Positions 55,207 to 64,000 of a stretch of 64,000 bases of DNA are shown here, piece after piece. The stretch is taken from positions 74,407 to 138,406 of IMG/VR virus record IMGVR_UViG_3300034782_000041; one strand, given 5' to 3'. The notes under the pieces were generated by a model, which made no database searches, was not told where the DNA came from, and was given only the letters and a program-made list of their open reading frames with translations. The DNA is from a virus. Within the stretch, counting starts at the first letter, position 1, and every line of letters begins with the position of its first letter. The translations under genes were made by a program, and so were the position numbers.

Positions 55207-55741
55207 GGGCCTTGGTCGCGTAGGTAACCGTCCGAGGGCCTACGTCGATCAGCGTCTTGAGGAAGTCGGCCAGGTCTTCGATGACGAAGTCGTCGTCTAC
55301 CGCATCACGTACTTCGAGGTCGAACATGTCACCATGTTCGTCAGTGCGGCAAGCTGCGACCCGAAGTATCCCTTGAGGAGACAGGAAGAGCGCTTCGCTC
55401 ATCGCGTTTTCTCGGTCAGGCCATTTCACGCGGGCGTCTGACTGACCTCGGATACGGGCCCCGTAGAGAGGATCTCGGCTGTGCCCGAGGTTCTTCAGTC
55501 CACGCAACGTGTTGCCGTCGAGCTTTTCTTGCAGTGCTCGTTCAAGAGCGCGTATCGCTCGGATGACATCATCAGCGCTGTCTTGTGAGTGCTCAGCGCT
55601 GCGTGTCGCTGCCGCGATCTCGTCCAAAAGCTCCTCAAGAGTGATCTGTTTGTTCATCGGCTCTCCCCGAGATTTGTAGGCGTTAGTCAACGCCCAGAGG
55701 TTTTGTGTGTGCGCGGCCATCATACTAGATTCCTTTGACAT
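55133..55741 (-). CDS. hypothetical protein
   Basis: 202-aa ORF. Confidence 0.45.
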   Translation of the reverse strand: MSKESSMMAAHTQNLWALTNAYKSRGEPMNKQITLEELLDEIAAATRSAEHSQDSADDVIRAIRALERALQEKLDGNTLRGLKNLGHSRDPLYGARIRGQSDARVKWPDRENAMSEALFLSPQGILRVAACRTDEHGDMFDLEVRDAVDDDFVIEDLADFLKTLIDVGPRTVTYATKARERYAGIRELAINAMRLLTGGTHE

Positions 55742-55747
55742 GTCGAT

Positions 55748-56068
55748 TTACGTAATGACTCGTCGCCGAATCACTTCTTGTTTGATTGGTTCGCTGGCCT
55801 GTGCAGCACCTACGAGGGCATCACACGCCAGGTCCGCATCTACGCCGGCAACCTTTGCGTAGTCTTCGACGATGTAGCGTAGCAGGCTTCGATAAGCCTG
55901 GCGCCGCTGTTCCGGTGATACGTTGTCTGGACAAGCAGTGAACGCCGCGAGAACAGCATCACGGACGTCTTTGGCTGTGACGTCATCGACAGCCTCAGCG
56001 ATCTCGTAGAAGATCGTTGGCCAGTCGTTGTCATTCCAGTTCAGCGCGTCGAAGTCTTTCTCGAACAT
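55748..56068 (-). CDS. hypothetical protein
   Basis: 106-aa ORF. Confidence 0.4.
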   Translation of the reverse strand: MFEKDFDALNWNDNDWPTIFYEIAEAVDDVTAKDVRDAVLAAFTACPDNVSPEQRRQAYRSLLRYIVEDYAKVAGVDADLACDALVGAAQASEPIKQEVIRRRVIT

Positions 56069-56077
56069 GTCAACCTC

Positions 56078-57370
56078 TCAACGGTTGTTTTCGTATTCTT
56101 CCAGGCTGCGTTTCTTCAACGTCTTTTCTACGGCAGCCTTCGCGTGGCCACTGAAGCGTACGACCCAAGCAGCGCCATCAACACCCAGGGCGTCCAAGCG
56201 CTCGATGACAGCGTCGTTGAAGTTCTGTTGCACTGTGAGCGCCCCACGACCGGTCTGCGGAACGTATACTGGAGAGCGCGCGAGGACATACCCATAGTCA
56301 GTCAACCACGCTTGCCAGATCGCAAGCTCGAAACTGCGTTCAAGCTGCGCCACGTCCGGCATCGGACGAGTAGTCATAGGTGCGCCGTCAAACTGCAAAT
56401 GCGTTTGAATGACGACCGCGGGATCGAAGTCCGCGAGCATTCGATGCGCTCGAACCGAACGCCGCCAACTGTCGATGACCTCCTGCACGAACTGCATTTG
56501 ACCGTGCAGCTGACCGGACATGTGCATATACCACTGGAAGGGCTCTGCGGGACCCCCTTCTAGCGACGGCGGCTCACTACCAAGATCGCCCGCGCCTTTC
56601 TTGATGCTGAACTTCACCAGGTCCTTCATGCTGTCCGCGAACGCCACGCGGCCAATCTCTTTGCTGCCACCTTTGAGGAGACTTCCAACCGTGCTACCGC
56701 CAGCACCGGCTAGCAGTGTGAGCGCGGCAAGCAGCAGCGTTTCCGCCAGAGAGTCATCAGGCGGCGTCTCCAACACAGTCTCGAATTGCTTGTACGCCTT
56801 GAAATACGCTGCGCCCTCGGCGGTCAGAATTTCAGCCATGCGATGGAACGCCAGCATAGCGTGTTCTGAGGCGACATGGCATTGATCCTCGAACTGAGCT
56901 AGGTCCATCGTGCAGCTGGCCATGAACTCGTACTCGGTGTCTTCGTCGGTGCCGCTGAACGCAAGCACGGCTTTTGGGGTAACCGTGCCCAGCTTTCCTG
57001 TGGCGCGCAACGCGAAGTGGTACGTGTCACGCGTTCCCTCCCAGGGAGCCATGTGCTCGATGGATTCGAGTACGGGACTCGCACCGACAACGTAAGGCGT
57101 CACGTACATATCACGCCAGTCAGGGCTATCGAGTTGCAGTGTGACGTCCACGAGGTCCCCCTCGCGAAGATTCGAGATGTCTTTGGGCTCGCCGTCCCAG
57201 GATTGCGCTCGAACGGTTGCTTGCGCGATCTCAGGTCGCGGCAGCATTGGTGGTGGAACGTTGCCGTAACGCGCCTGCACGCGCGTACGCTTGCCGGGTG
57301 ATCCGCCACCACGTTGCGGTGTCGCATGGGGTAGTGCCCCTGGCGCGCGGCGGTCTCGTTCGCGGCTCAT
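56078..57370 (-). CDS. hypothetical protein
   Basis: 430-aa ORF. Confidence 0.5.
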   Translation of the reverse strand: MSRERDRRAPGALPHATPQRGGGSPGKRTRVQARYGNVPPPMLPRPEIAQATVRAQSWDGEPKDISNLREGDLVDVTLQLDSPDWRDMYVTPYVVGASPVLESIEHMAPWEGTRDTYHFALRATGKLGTVTPKAVLAFSGTDEDTEYEFMASCTMDLAQFEDQCHVASEHAMLAFHRMAEILTAEGAAYFKAYKQFETVLETPPDDSLAETLLLAALTLLAGAGGSTVGSLLKGGSKEIGRVAFADSMKDLVKFSIKKGAGDLGSEPPSLEGGPAEPFQWYMHMSGQLHGQMQFVQEVIDSWRRSVRAHRMLADFDPAVVIQTHLQFDGAPMTTRPMPDVAQLERSFELAIWQAWLTDYGYVLARSPVYVPQTGRGALTVQQNFNDAVIERLDALGVDGAAWVVRFSGHAKAAVEKTLKKRSLEEYENNR

Positions 57371-57741
57371 GGTGTGCTCCCGTCCACGGCTTGTTGTCTT
57401 GTAGCCAGTTCGGCGAAGTCACAGTTCTGTGTGTGAAACGCGGCCACTTTGAGCGCACGCAGGAGTATCTCGACCTCGTCCGGGTCGTGCTGTTTGCACA
57501 CCCTCTCCACGTCTCCCTTCAAGTCCATCAGCAGGAACTGCACCCCTAGCAGCTGACGCCACGCCAACTCATAGACAGCGTTCGCGTCAGCGCGTTCATG
57601 TGCCTCACTACGCAGCTTCTGTTGGAGCTGGACGTTTTGTTGATACACGAGGACCACCCCGACCGCGCTTACTGATGCGATGGCAATTGTGGTAGCCAAC
57701 GCAGCGATTACCAACTTGCGATCAGTCATGCACGCCTCCAA
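57367..57741 (-). CDS. hypothetical membrane protein
   Basis: N-terminal TM LVIAALATTIAIASVSAVGVVLV. Confidence 0.4.
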   Translation of the reverse strand: MEACMTDRKLVIAALATTIAIASVSAVGVVLVYQQNVQLQQKLRSEAHERADANAVYELAWRQLLGVQFLLMDLKGDVERVCKQHDPDEVEILLRALKVAAFHTQNCDFAELATRQQAVDGSTP

Positions 57742-58451
57742 TGCAGCTTCCGTTGACCGTCTGGCTGCGTACGGATCACAGCGTTCGCAGCTCGCACCGA
57801 GAATCCGCGACTTTGTCGTACGGCTACGACCTCGATTGCGTTCGGCTGTTCGGCGTCCAACACGTCGAGGACAAAAACCCCGTCGATGTTCGCCAAGCCT
57901 CTATCGAAGACCTGGAACAGCCAATCACGGCGGACACAGACTCGTAGGTGGCTGTTCGTGCCTGACCACGTATGCTTGGCGTGCCAGACCTTTTCACTGC
58001 CCCCTTCCGCGCTCACGGTCGGGCCTACAGTCACGTCTATGGCGTGTTCACCGCCGACCCAGCTACTCTGCGCTCGCCTGTACTCCGCGCGGTGTTGGAG
58101 AACATACATCGCAGCAGCGCGTGTTCGACCAACCAACCGTTCGTGGAGAGTCCGCGGTGCGGGCATATACGCGATAGCTTGCCGATCCAGAGCACGCTGA
58201 AACGCCTGCTGACACGGTTGGCGCAATGGGTCAGGCAGCCGACGATAATCTCCTACACGCCAGGCAGCAGCTACCTCACCGCAACGAACCAGGTTGCTAC
58301 CAATCGTTCTGGCAGCCTTCGCTGCGTCGATCAGGGTAGCTACAGACTCCTCGTGATCACACAACGTCAACCGACCAGATTTCTGCAACCGAATGTAGTG
58401 CACCTTGTGCTGGCATCGAACACGGACTTCAACTTCCTCAAATGGCTTCAT
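57726..58451 (-). CDS. hypothetical protein
   Basis: 241-aa ORF; CCCCTCGGGG motif 9 nt upstream of ATG. Confidence 0.45.
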   Translation of the reverse strand: MKPFEEVEVRVRCQHKVHYIRLQKSGRLTLCDHEESVATLIDAAKAARTIGSNLVRCGEVAAAWRVGDYRRLPDPLRQPCQQAFQRALDRQAIAYMPAPRTLHERLVGRTRAAAMYVLQHRAEYRRAQSSWVGGEHAIDVTVGPTVSAEGGSEKVWHAKHTWSGTNSHLRVCVRRDWLFQVFDRGLANIDGVFVLDVLDAEQPNAIEVVAVRQSRGFSVRAANAVIRTQPDGQRKLHWRRA

Positions 58452-58473
58452 GGCACGCTCCCCTCGGGGACGA

Positions 58474-59373
58474 CTAACCTTTCATCGCATCTTGCAACGC
58501 GGCGGCAACCTCATCAGGGCTTACCAGATCGGTGCCGATACTGCCCTCCTCAAACCATGTGATAGCGTTCTCGAACGGTTCGAGATCGACGCGTGCACCT
58601 GCTTCAGCAGGCTCCATACCATCTTTCTCGATGGCTTCGATGATCTCAGCTCGGACATGCGGCACGTGCTGCAACGCGATCTTCACGGCTTCTCCGGCGG
58701 TCCCGACTGCAAGGCGGTCTAGGTTCTTGCAACGTAGCAACGGCGCGTGTAGCGCGTTCTGTTGAATCACCTTGCCGTCGTCATCGAGGACGCGTTTGAC
58801 TTGCCCTGTACGAAACGCTGCAATCACGTCCGAAAGCACGTCACAAATCGTACGCGCTATCTCAGCCGCGACAAGCGGTGTCGCCACATCGATCTTTCCG
58901 GCGATGATCCCGATATGGGCGCGGCGTGCCGAACCTACAGCCTTTGCTGCGGCATTGAGCACACGTTCCTCGCGTTGTAGCTCGGCGATCTCCTTTTCCA
59001 GAGCTTTGAGTGAGACGTCGTCCGCGTACCACCAGTTGAATGCGCTGTGTGCACAGTGCTTTTTGAAAGCGTAGTCCGCCTTCTTTTTCAGCGCGTCGAG
59101 CGCGGCCGCGATCTCGACATGATCCACGGTCTTGACTGTATGCAGCGAGATCTGCACACCCTGGTTCTCGTTGATTCTCAGCTCCTCACCGTACTCGCGG
59201 TCGTAACTGATTCCGCCAGTCACTTTGCTCGTCGAGACCACGAGATACCCGGGCTGGATCTTGATCGGTGGCGCGCCCCGCGAAGGTGCGCGCTCTACGT
59301 GTTGTAGCTTCTTGGCCTTGTTGGCTTTGCCTGCTTTGTTGCCCTTCTTGTTGGTGCGTGCTTTGTAACCCAT
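58474..59373 (-). CDS. hypothetical protein with Lys-rich N-terminus
   Basis: 299-aa ORF; CCCCTCGGGG motif 10 nt upstream of ATG. Confidence 0.5.
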   Translation of the reverse strand: MGYKARTNKKGNKAGKANKAKKLQHVERAPSRGAPPIKIQPGYLVVSTSKVTGGISYDREYGEELRINENQGVQISLHTVKTVDHVEIAAALDALKKKADYAFKKHCAHSAFNWWYADDVSLKALEKEIAELQREERVLNAAAKAVGSARRAHIGIIAGKIDVATPLVAAEIARTICDVLSDVIAAFRTGQVKRVLDDDGKVIQQNALHAPLLRCKNLDRLAVGTAGEAVKIALQHVPHVRAEIIEAIEKDGMEPAEAGARVDLEPFENAITWFEEGSIGTDLVSPDEVAAALQDAMKG

Positions 59374-59397
59374 GTCTATTCTCCCCTCGGGGACGTT

Positions 59398-60630
59398 TCA
59401 GATTTCTATCTCGATGACATCAGCGAACTCAGGAATTTCTTTTCTGCTCGCGTAACCGATCAAGGCGACGGTCAGCTTACGGCAGTTGCGCGGCCGTTCA
59501 GGCCACGTCTCACACGGCATACCGTCTGTCAGATGGATCGCGTAGTCGAACTTCTTGCTGGCGCTCTCGATGGCCGCGTACGCAGGCGTGTATAGCGTTC
59601 CGCCGCGACCGATCAGAGTCTTGGCGAGAGCAGCTCGTCGTGTGCCGGGACGGATCCAGTCGGCGAAGTGCACCTCCGCGTCGTGTGTGACCAGAAATAT
59701 GGCCACACCCGTCGCACGGCTGATTGCTTCCACCTCGCTGAGTGCTTGTTCGAGGTCTTCGTCAGAGACAGAACCGCTGGTGTCTACCGCCACAGCGACG
59801 AGTGCCTTGGACGTGATTCCACCTGGGAGAATGAAGTCGCCCGCGAACGACCGCCGGTTGCGTCGCTGCCAACTAACGTCGTCGTTGCCGCGTTCAGCGA
59901 TTGCACGTGCACATGCGTTGCGTAGCACCGCAGTCCACGCCACTTTGGATGGTGGAACGCGGAGCACGCGTGCAAGCAGATCTCCAGAGCAGTCGCCTGC
60001 CGAGCGCGCGTTCTGCTCAGCGCTGTGAGCAAGCTGCCGCCAGGTCCGTGCTGACTCAGCTGTGGAGGGAAACGCCGCGCCGTCTTCTGGTGCTTCACCC
60101 TCGGCGCCATCGTCATCACCATCGCCATCACCACCCTGAGGTGGAAGCACGCCACAACCACCGGTTGCTCCGGGCATCTTGCCCAGCGAGGCTTGACCGT
60201 CATCGCCTGGCTGTTCTTCCTCGACCTCGTAGAGTTCTTCTGTTGTGTACTCGTTATGCGCCGGGTCGGTGGGAAGTAACCCCATGGGCGGCATTTCCAG
60301 CCCTATTTGCACGAGACCGAAGTTGATTGCGCGATCCGCGGCACGATTCCAGCGGAACGGCTTGCGGTTCATTCGCCGCCCAAAGTGAAACAGCAGCAGA
60401 TGCATGATCTCGTGCGCCAGAACGAAGGTAAGCTGCTTGTCCGAGAGCTGATCGCAGAAACTCGGATTGAGGTACACGCATCCACGTACGTCAGCACAAG
60501 CAGTCTGGATGTGGATGGACACACGCAGGTAGATCTTCGCACCGGGTAGAGCAAAGAATGGGTGTCGCCAACCAAGGCCCAACAAAAGCCCTCGGGCACG
60601 CTGGATGAGCTGTCTGGTCGCTGATGTCAT
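59398..60630 (-). CDS. putative metallopeptidase (HExxH) plus VWA-like domain protein (DUF2201-type partner of MoxR ATPases)
   Basis: N-terminal …LTFVLAHEIMHLLLFHF…; acidic Gly/Asp linker; C-terminal LVAVAVDTSGSVSDEDL VWA/MIDAS-like. Confidence 0.7.
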   Translation of the reverse strand: MTSATRQLIQRARGLLLGLGWRHPFFALPGAKIYLRVSIHIQTACADVRGCVYLNPSFCDQLSDKQLTFVLAHEIMHLLLFHFGRRMNRKPFRWNRAADRAINFGLVQIGLEMPPMGLLPTDPAHNEYTTEELYEVEEEQPGDDGQASLGKMPGATGGCGVLPPQGGDGDGDDDGAEGEAPEDGAAFPSTAESARTWRQLAHSAEQNARSAGDCSGDLLARVLRVPPSKVAWTAVLRNACARAIAERGNDDVSWQRRNRRSFAGDFILPGGITSKALVAVAVDTSGSVSDEDLEQALSEVEAISRATGVAIFLVTHDAEVHFADWIRPGTRRAALAKTLIGRGGTLYTPAYAAIESASKKFDYAIHLTDGMPCETWPERPRNCRKLTVALIGYASRKEIPEFADVIEIEI

Positions 60631-61727
60631 GCTGCCCCACGCTGCACTCTTGCCAGCAGTTGGATTTGGGCTTTGCGCCCGACGGTGGCGAACTTAGAGG
60701 CCTGCGGCACCTTGTTCATTAGGAACCGTCCGCAGGCAGCTCCAATCTCTTTCCGCAGCCGGCCCGCGTAGGTCCACGCGGCCCAGACATCGGTCTGCGC
60801 GACTCGGGCCAGGAGACCCAGGGCAGCGATCTGCTGATCGAGCGATTCGGGCAGCCGTGCCTTGGTTGGGTTGGCCGCGATCTCATCGATGGATGGCAGG
60901 TGCAGACGGAGCTTGCGAATTGCCAGGTACGCGCCAGCAGCGGACGGTCCTACGGCACCTGTCAGGAGCGCGTAGCCAACGTCATCCTCTTTACCGCCAT
61001 GCGCTGCCAGGCAGGAGAGGCCGATCTCCCAGCCGCGAGGGGATGCCCACGGCTCGCCCTGATCAACGCTTGCACGCGGCGGATCATAAACGAGCAGATC
61101 AGTAGCGTGGGAAAGCGTCGCGGCGAAGTCAGCGAACTCCGCAACGCATGCGGCCTGGAAGGCGTCCTCGTCGAGCACTACGGGAGAAGCGTGAACCGCC
61201 TCACCGTTGAAGTAGGACTGCACTTCCGCGAATGAGGGCTGATAGCGAAGCAGCACGATCCGGTTGATGAATGCCGCCGACAGCTCGATGCCGCCCGGTG
61301 CCTGTTCCGGCGGGTTGCACGCGAGTACTACGGGGCTGCCCGGGTGCAACGGCGTGCCGCCTGCGTTGCGTTCCATCGCAACACGTAGCATCGGGCCCTC
61401 GACCGATTTCGGCATCGCGGTCGCCTCGTCGATGAATAAGACACCCGCAGCGTCCACGACGGCCCGAATCTCGGGAAACAGCTCGCGCAGCACCCGACCC
61501 GACTGTAGATCGCGGTATGGCAGCCCCGCGACGTCTGTCGGGTCCATGTTGGACGCGATCAGATCGTGGCAAGGCAACCCAATGGCGGCCGCAGCATCAC
61601 GCACGAGGGCCGTTTTGCCAACGCCTGGCGAACCTAGCAGCAGTGCGGTTCGCCTCGCGCGAAGGGCAGCGGCCACCGCGGCGGCTGCTTGTGTGTAGTT
61701 CAACACGGGAATGAGATACTTGGACAA
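60627..61727 (-). CDS. MoxR-like AAA+ ATPase
   Basis: LLLGSPGVGKT Walker A; VLFIDEA Walker B; TTG start 6 nt after a GGAGGA RBS that follows GCCCCTCGGGGC. Confidence 0.8.
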   Translation of the reverse strand: MSKYLIPVLNYTQAAAAVAAALRARRTALLLGSPGVGKTALVRDAAAAIGLPCHDLIASNMDPTDVAGLPYRDLQSGRVLRELFPEIRAVVDAAGVLFIDEATAMPKSVEGPMLRVAMERNAGGTPLHPGSPVVLACNPPEQAPGGIELSAAFINRIVLLRYQPSFAEVQSYFNGEAVHASPVVLDEDAFQAACVAEFADFAATLSHATDLLVYDPPRASVDQGEPWASPRGWEIGLSCLAAHGGKEDDVGYALLTGAVGPSAAGAYLAIRKLRLHLPSIDEIAANPTKARLPESLDQQIAALGLLARVAQTDVWAAWTYAGRLRKEIGAACGRFLMNKVPQASKFATVGRKAQIQLLARVQRGAA

Positions 61728-61739
61728 GTTTCCTCCATC

Positions 61740-61751
61740 GCCCCTCGGGGC
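61740..61751 (-). promoter_or_regulatory. GCCCCTCGGGGC start-associated palindromic motif
   Basis: Minus strand GCCCCGAGGGGC-gat-GGAGGA-aac-TTG (MoxR gene). Confidence 0.5.
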
Positions 61752-61757
61752 CGCTTG

Positions 61758-61964
61758 TTATCGCACACTGCTCTGACGCTCGAAAATCTCCAGTGCAGCC
61801 GCCTCATCAGCCAGCTCGGCGATGCGCCGGCTCGCGATAGCCTCGACGTAGAAGTCGCCTGGGCCGCTCCGGCCGTCCTTGGGGCGCCGATTGCGGTCAC
61901 GCAGCCAGGCGAAGAAGTGCCTTGCGCAGTGCCAGCAGGTGCTATCGCAGTGTTGCCGTGGCAT
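61758..61964 (-). CDS. hypothetical small protein
   Basis: 68-aa ORF. Confidence 0.3.
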   Translation of the reverse strand: MPRQHCDSTCWHCARHFFAWLRDRNRRPKDGRSGPGDFYVEAIASRRIAELADEAAALEIFERQSSVR

Positions 61965-62146
61965 CGTTTATTATCTTCTTCAGCACCAAACTCTCACGAG
62001 TTCGAGGTTGACCCGTTCGAGCATGGATCTGATTGCCTGTAGCTCCTCTTGGTCGTTGTGACCGAGTTCGTCCTCTGCGGTGTTCTCGATGTACTGAGTG
62101 AGGGCCGTGGACAGTGCCTCCAGCTCGATCCTGTTCCTGGTCTTCA

Positions 62147-62356
62147 TCACTTGTCCTCTTCATCGTCGAGCGCAAGGGAGTCGAGCGCCGCCTTGTTCAG
62201 GTCGTGCGCGGTCTTGTGGACCCACTGGTGCTTCCGGCAGAAACCGTTGGCGACAGCCCTACGCCGACACTGCCTGCCTCCCGTAAACGTTGCGCAGCAA
62301 CGCTGTACGCCCTGCGCCTTCAGCTCCTTCCAGGTCTTCGGCTCGGCTTTGCTCAT
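62147..62356 (-). CDS. hypothetical small Cys/His protein
   Basis: 69-aa ORF; GCCCCTCGGGGC then GAGGAG RBS upstream. Confidence 0.4.
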   Translation of the reverse strand: MSKAEPKTWKELKAQGVQRCCATFTGGRQCRRRAVANGFCRKHQWVHKTAHDLNKAALDSLALDDEEDK

Positions 62357-62371
62357 CTGCCACTCCTCGTC

Positions 62372-62383
62372 GCCCCTCGGGGC
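62372..62383 (-). promoter_or_regulatory. GCCCCTCGGGGC start-associated palindromic motif
   Basis: Minus strand GCCCCGAGGGGC-gac-GAGGAG-tggcag-ATG (62147-62356). Confidence 0.5.
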
Positions 62384-62470
62384 CTCACGTTGTAAGACAC
62401 TCTACGAGGCCTGGATATTCAACACAACGCCATGCTGCAAAGTGCCTGTAATTACTGTATGATAGCGCGA

Positions 62471-62722
62471 ATGTCCGCAGTGAAGGTCCATGTCGTACTC
62501 GACGAAGAGCTGGCCGCGCTGGTCCGCGAGGATGCCCGGCTCCGCGGGATCGGCGCGTCAGCGGCCGTCAGGGACGCGCTGAGGGCCTATTACCAGGTCG
62601 CCGACGTCGGGGACCGGGCCTGGCGAGAGGCCTACACGGCGGCGTGTGAGCACCTCCGCGGGCATTTCCGGGCGGCGTTAGCACTGCTGCCCAGACAGCC
62701 CCCACCGGACTTTGGCCGTTGA
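62471..62722 (+). CDS. ribbon-helix-helix DNA-binding protein (paralogue of 33547-33804), apparently leaderless
   Basis: VHVVLDEELAALVREDARLRGIGASAAVRDAL; TATGAT -10-like hexamer 7 nt upstream of ATG, no SD. Confidence 0.55.
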   Translation: MSAVKVHVVLDEELAALVREDARLRGIGASAAVRDALRAYYQVADVGDRAWREAYTAACEHLRGHFRAALALLPRQPPPDFGR

Positions 62723-63513
62723 GGCGCCGACCCCAAATATCGTGCGTCTGTCCTACCACCGCGTCACGCTGGTGGTGCCTGCCGCTGGCCATCGAGTGCT
62801 GGCAACGCCAGACCTACGCTGACTCTGAGCTGGTAGTGGTGGTAGACGGTCCTCTACTGATCCCACGAGATCCAACGCGTCCTGACGGCGAGCAAGAACA
62901 CGTCTCCAACCTGATCCCTTTCGATGCCAACGGCCGGGTCCGATACCTCTGTTTGGAAGGCACTCGAACGCTCGGCGAGAAATACAACGCGTGCATTGAA
63001 GCGGCACGCTCCGAGTGGGTAGCACTCTGGGCTGACGACGACTGGCATGCACCGACGCGCCTCGAAGCGACCGCCGCGTTGATTACGGACGACGTTGACG
63101 TTGTCGGTGATTGGACCTTCCTGTTGCACATCCTGAGCGACAAGGAACGCTTCACGGGCCAATACCAGCTTCGCTGTGTCACCGATCCGCCCTCCTACTT
63201 GATATCGGGTACGATGTGCTTTCGACGAAAGCTCGGCCTGATGATCGGCTTCCCCGCGAAAGCTCGCGGCAGCGACGACCTATTTGTCTACAAGCTTCTT
63301 ACGCAATACGGTGCGCGGCTTGCGCGGCTTCGTCAGCCGCCGTATCTCTACGTGGCCTTTGCCCACGGACAAAACGTCTCGAATCGAATCTGTAGTCGGG
63401 ACGCTGAACGTGATCCTGTGTGGCGACAGTGGGACGGAGATCTCAGTGAGCTGATGGGTGACGACCTCGCGAAGTACGAAGCCGCCTACTTGCTTCGTGG
63501 TGATGTGGGCTAA
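62719..63513 (+). CDS. GT-A fold (family 2-like) glycosyltransferase
   Basis: …LVVVVDGP…GEKYNACIEAARSEWVALWADDDWH… (DxD-containing GT2-like core). Confidence 0.55.
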   Translation: MRRRPQISCVCPTTASRWWCLPLAIECWQRQTYADSELVVVVDGPLLIPRDPTRPDGEQEHVSNLIPFDANGRVRYLCLEGTRTLGEKYNACIEAARSEWVALWADDDWHAPTRLEATAALITDDVDVVGDWTFLLHILSDKERFTGQYQLRCVTDPPSYLISGTMCFRRKLGLMIGFPAKARGSDDLFVYKLLTQYGARLARLRQPPYLYVAFAHGQNVSNRICSRDAERDPVWRQWDGDLSELMGDDLAKYEAAYLLRGDVG

Positions 63514-63776
63514 GAACCGCTGCGGATCTTGGAGACCAGCCGCGGTGTGAACGGGCGGTTTATTGGGTCGTGAAGGTCACGCCGTTTGGGAAGCACGAAA
63601 TCGAGCTTTCCGCGAGCGCACGACACGTTGAAGTAGACCTCCTTGCCGATGCCGATCGCCCACTGGCGAGCACGTCCCACTTTGTGTAGCTTGCATTGAC
63701 GACGCGCTTCCGCCATTAACTCTTTGTTCGTGTAGAAGTCTCCGTAGCGCAATGTGCGTGTTCTAGCCATCGTCAC
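63510..63776 (-). CDS. hypothetical protein
   Basis: 88-aa ORF. Confidence 0.4.
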   Translation of the reverse strand: MTMARTRTLRYGDFYTNKELMAEARRQCKLHKVGRARQWAIGIGKEVYFNVSCARGKLDFVLPKRRDLHDPINRPFTPRLVSKIRSGS

Positions 63777-64000
63777 TTTCTTCGACGTGAGAACATCGGT
63801 ACCTTGCGAGTCTGGTTGTAGGGCGCTCGACAGATACCGGCGTAGAAGTTGATTGTCTCCCAGGCAGCGTTTGAGGCGCTATTTGCCTGCCTGAACGTCT
63901 CTGAATGCCGCGCGCGAAGTTGCCGATCCTCAACGGCACTCAGCTCCGCTTGTGCACGCTCAGCATAACTAAACGCTCGGCTGGCGATACGAATACCGCC

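Noticed and set aside
20443-62383. GCCCCTCGGGGC hairpins as rho-independent terminators
   Set aside because: The stem is only 4-5 bp with a tetraloop, and there is no downstream U-tract on the transcribed strand. The motifs sit at a fixed distance before the SD or start rather than after stop codons generally.

Overview
This 64 kb window is high-GC (roughly 60-65% by eye) and looks like the non-structural, accessory/early region of a temperate phage, prophage or similar integrative mobile element. No capsid, tail or large-terminase genes are recognisable. More than 100 densely packed genes run almost entirely on the minus strand, many joined by ATGA start/stop overlaps. Recognisable genes are a class II ribonucleotide reductase (nrdJ, 4455-6809), thioredoxin, a HAD 5'-nucleotidase, an FGE/SUMF1-like secreted protein, an FHA-domain protein, a GHKL-ATPase/HExxH protein, a MoxR AAA+ with VWA-metallopeptidase pair, a pentapeptide-repeat protein, an SprT-like protease, a GT2 glycosyltransferase, a tyrosine integrase next to an AT-rich attP-like site, two paralogous ribbon-helix-helix regulators (the only plus-strand islands), a DUF4160/DUF2442 cluster, an outer-membrane beta-barrel protein, several lipoproteins, and many tiny Cys4 zinc-ribbon proteins. 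The standout is a compact CRISPR-Cas candidate at about 13.58-16.52 kb. A 527-aa TnpB/Cas12-like protein has a RuvC-III zinc finger and an N-terminal Cys-rich insertion, and its 3' end runs directly into an array of 36-bp hairpin-containing direct repeats. The array has six well-conserved repeats with 35-39 bp spacers, a 110-aa gene embedded in the array, and a degenerate second block. No cas1, cas2 or cas4 is present. A conserved palindromic 12-mer, GCCCCTCGGGGC, lies just upstream of the RBS or start of at least 12 genes, in the manner of a start-associated sequence. All calls rest on reading the sequence and the ORF translations by eye; no database search was possible.
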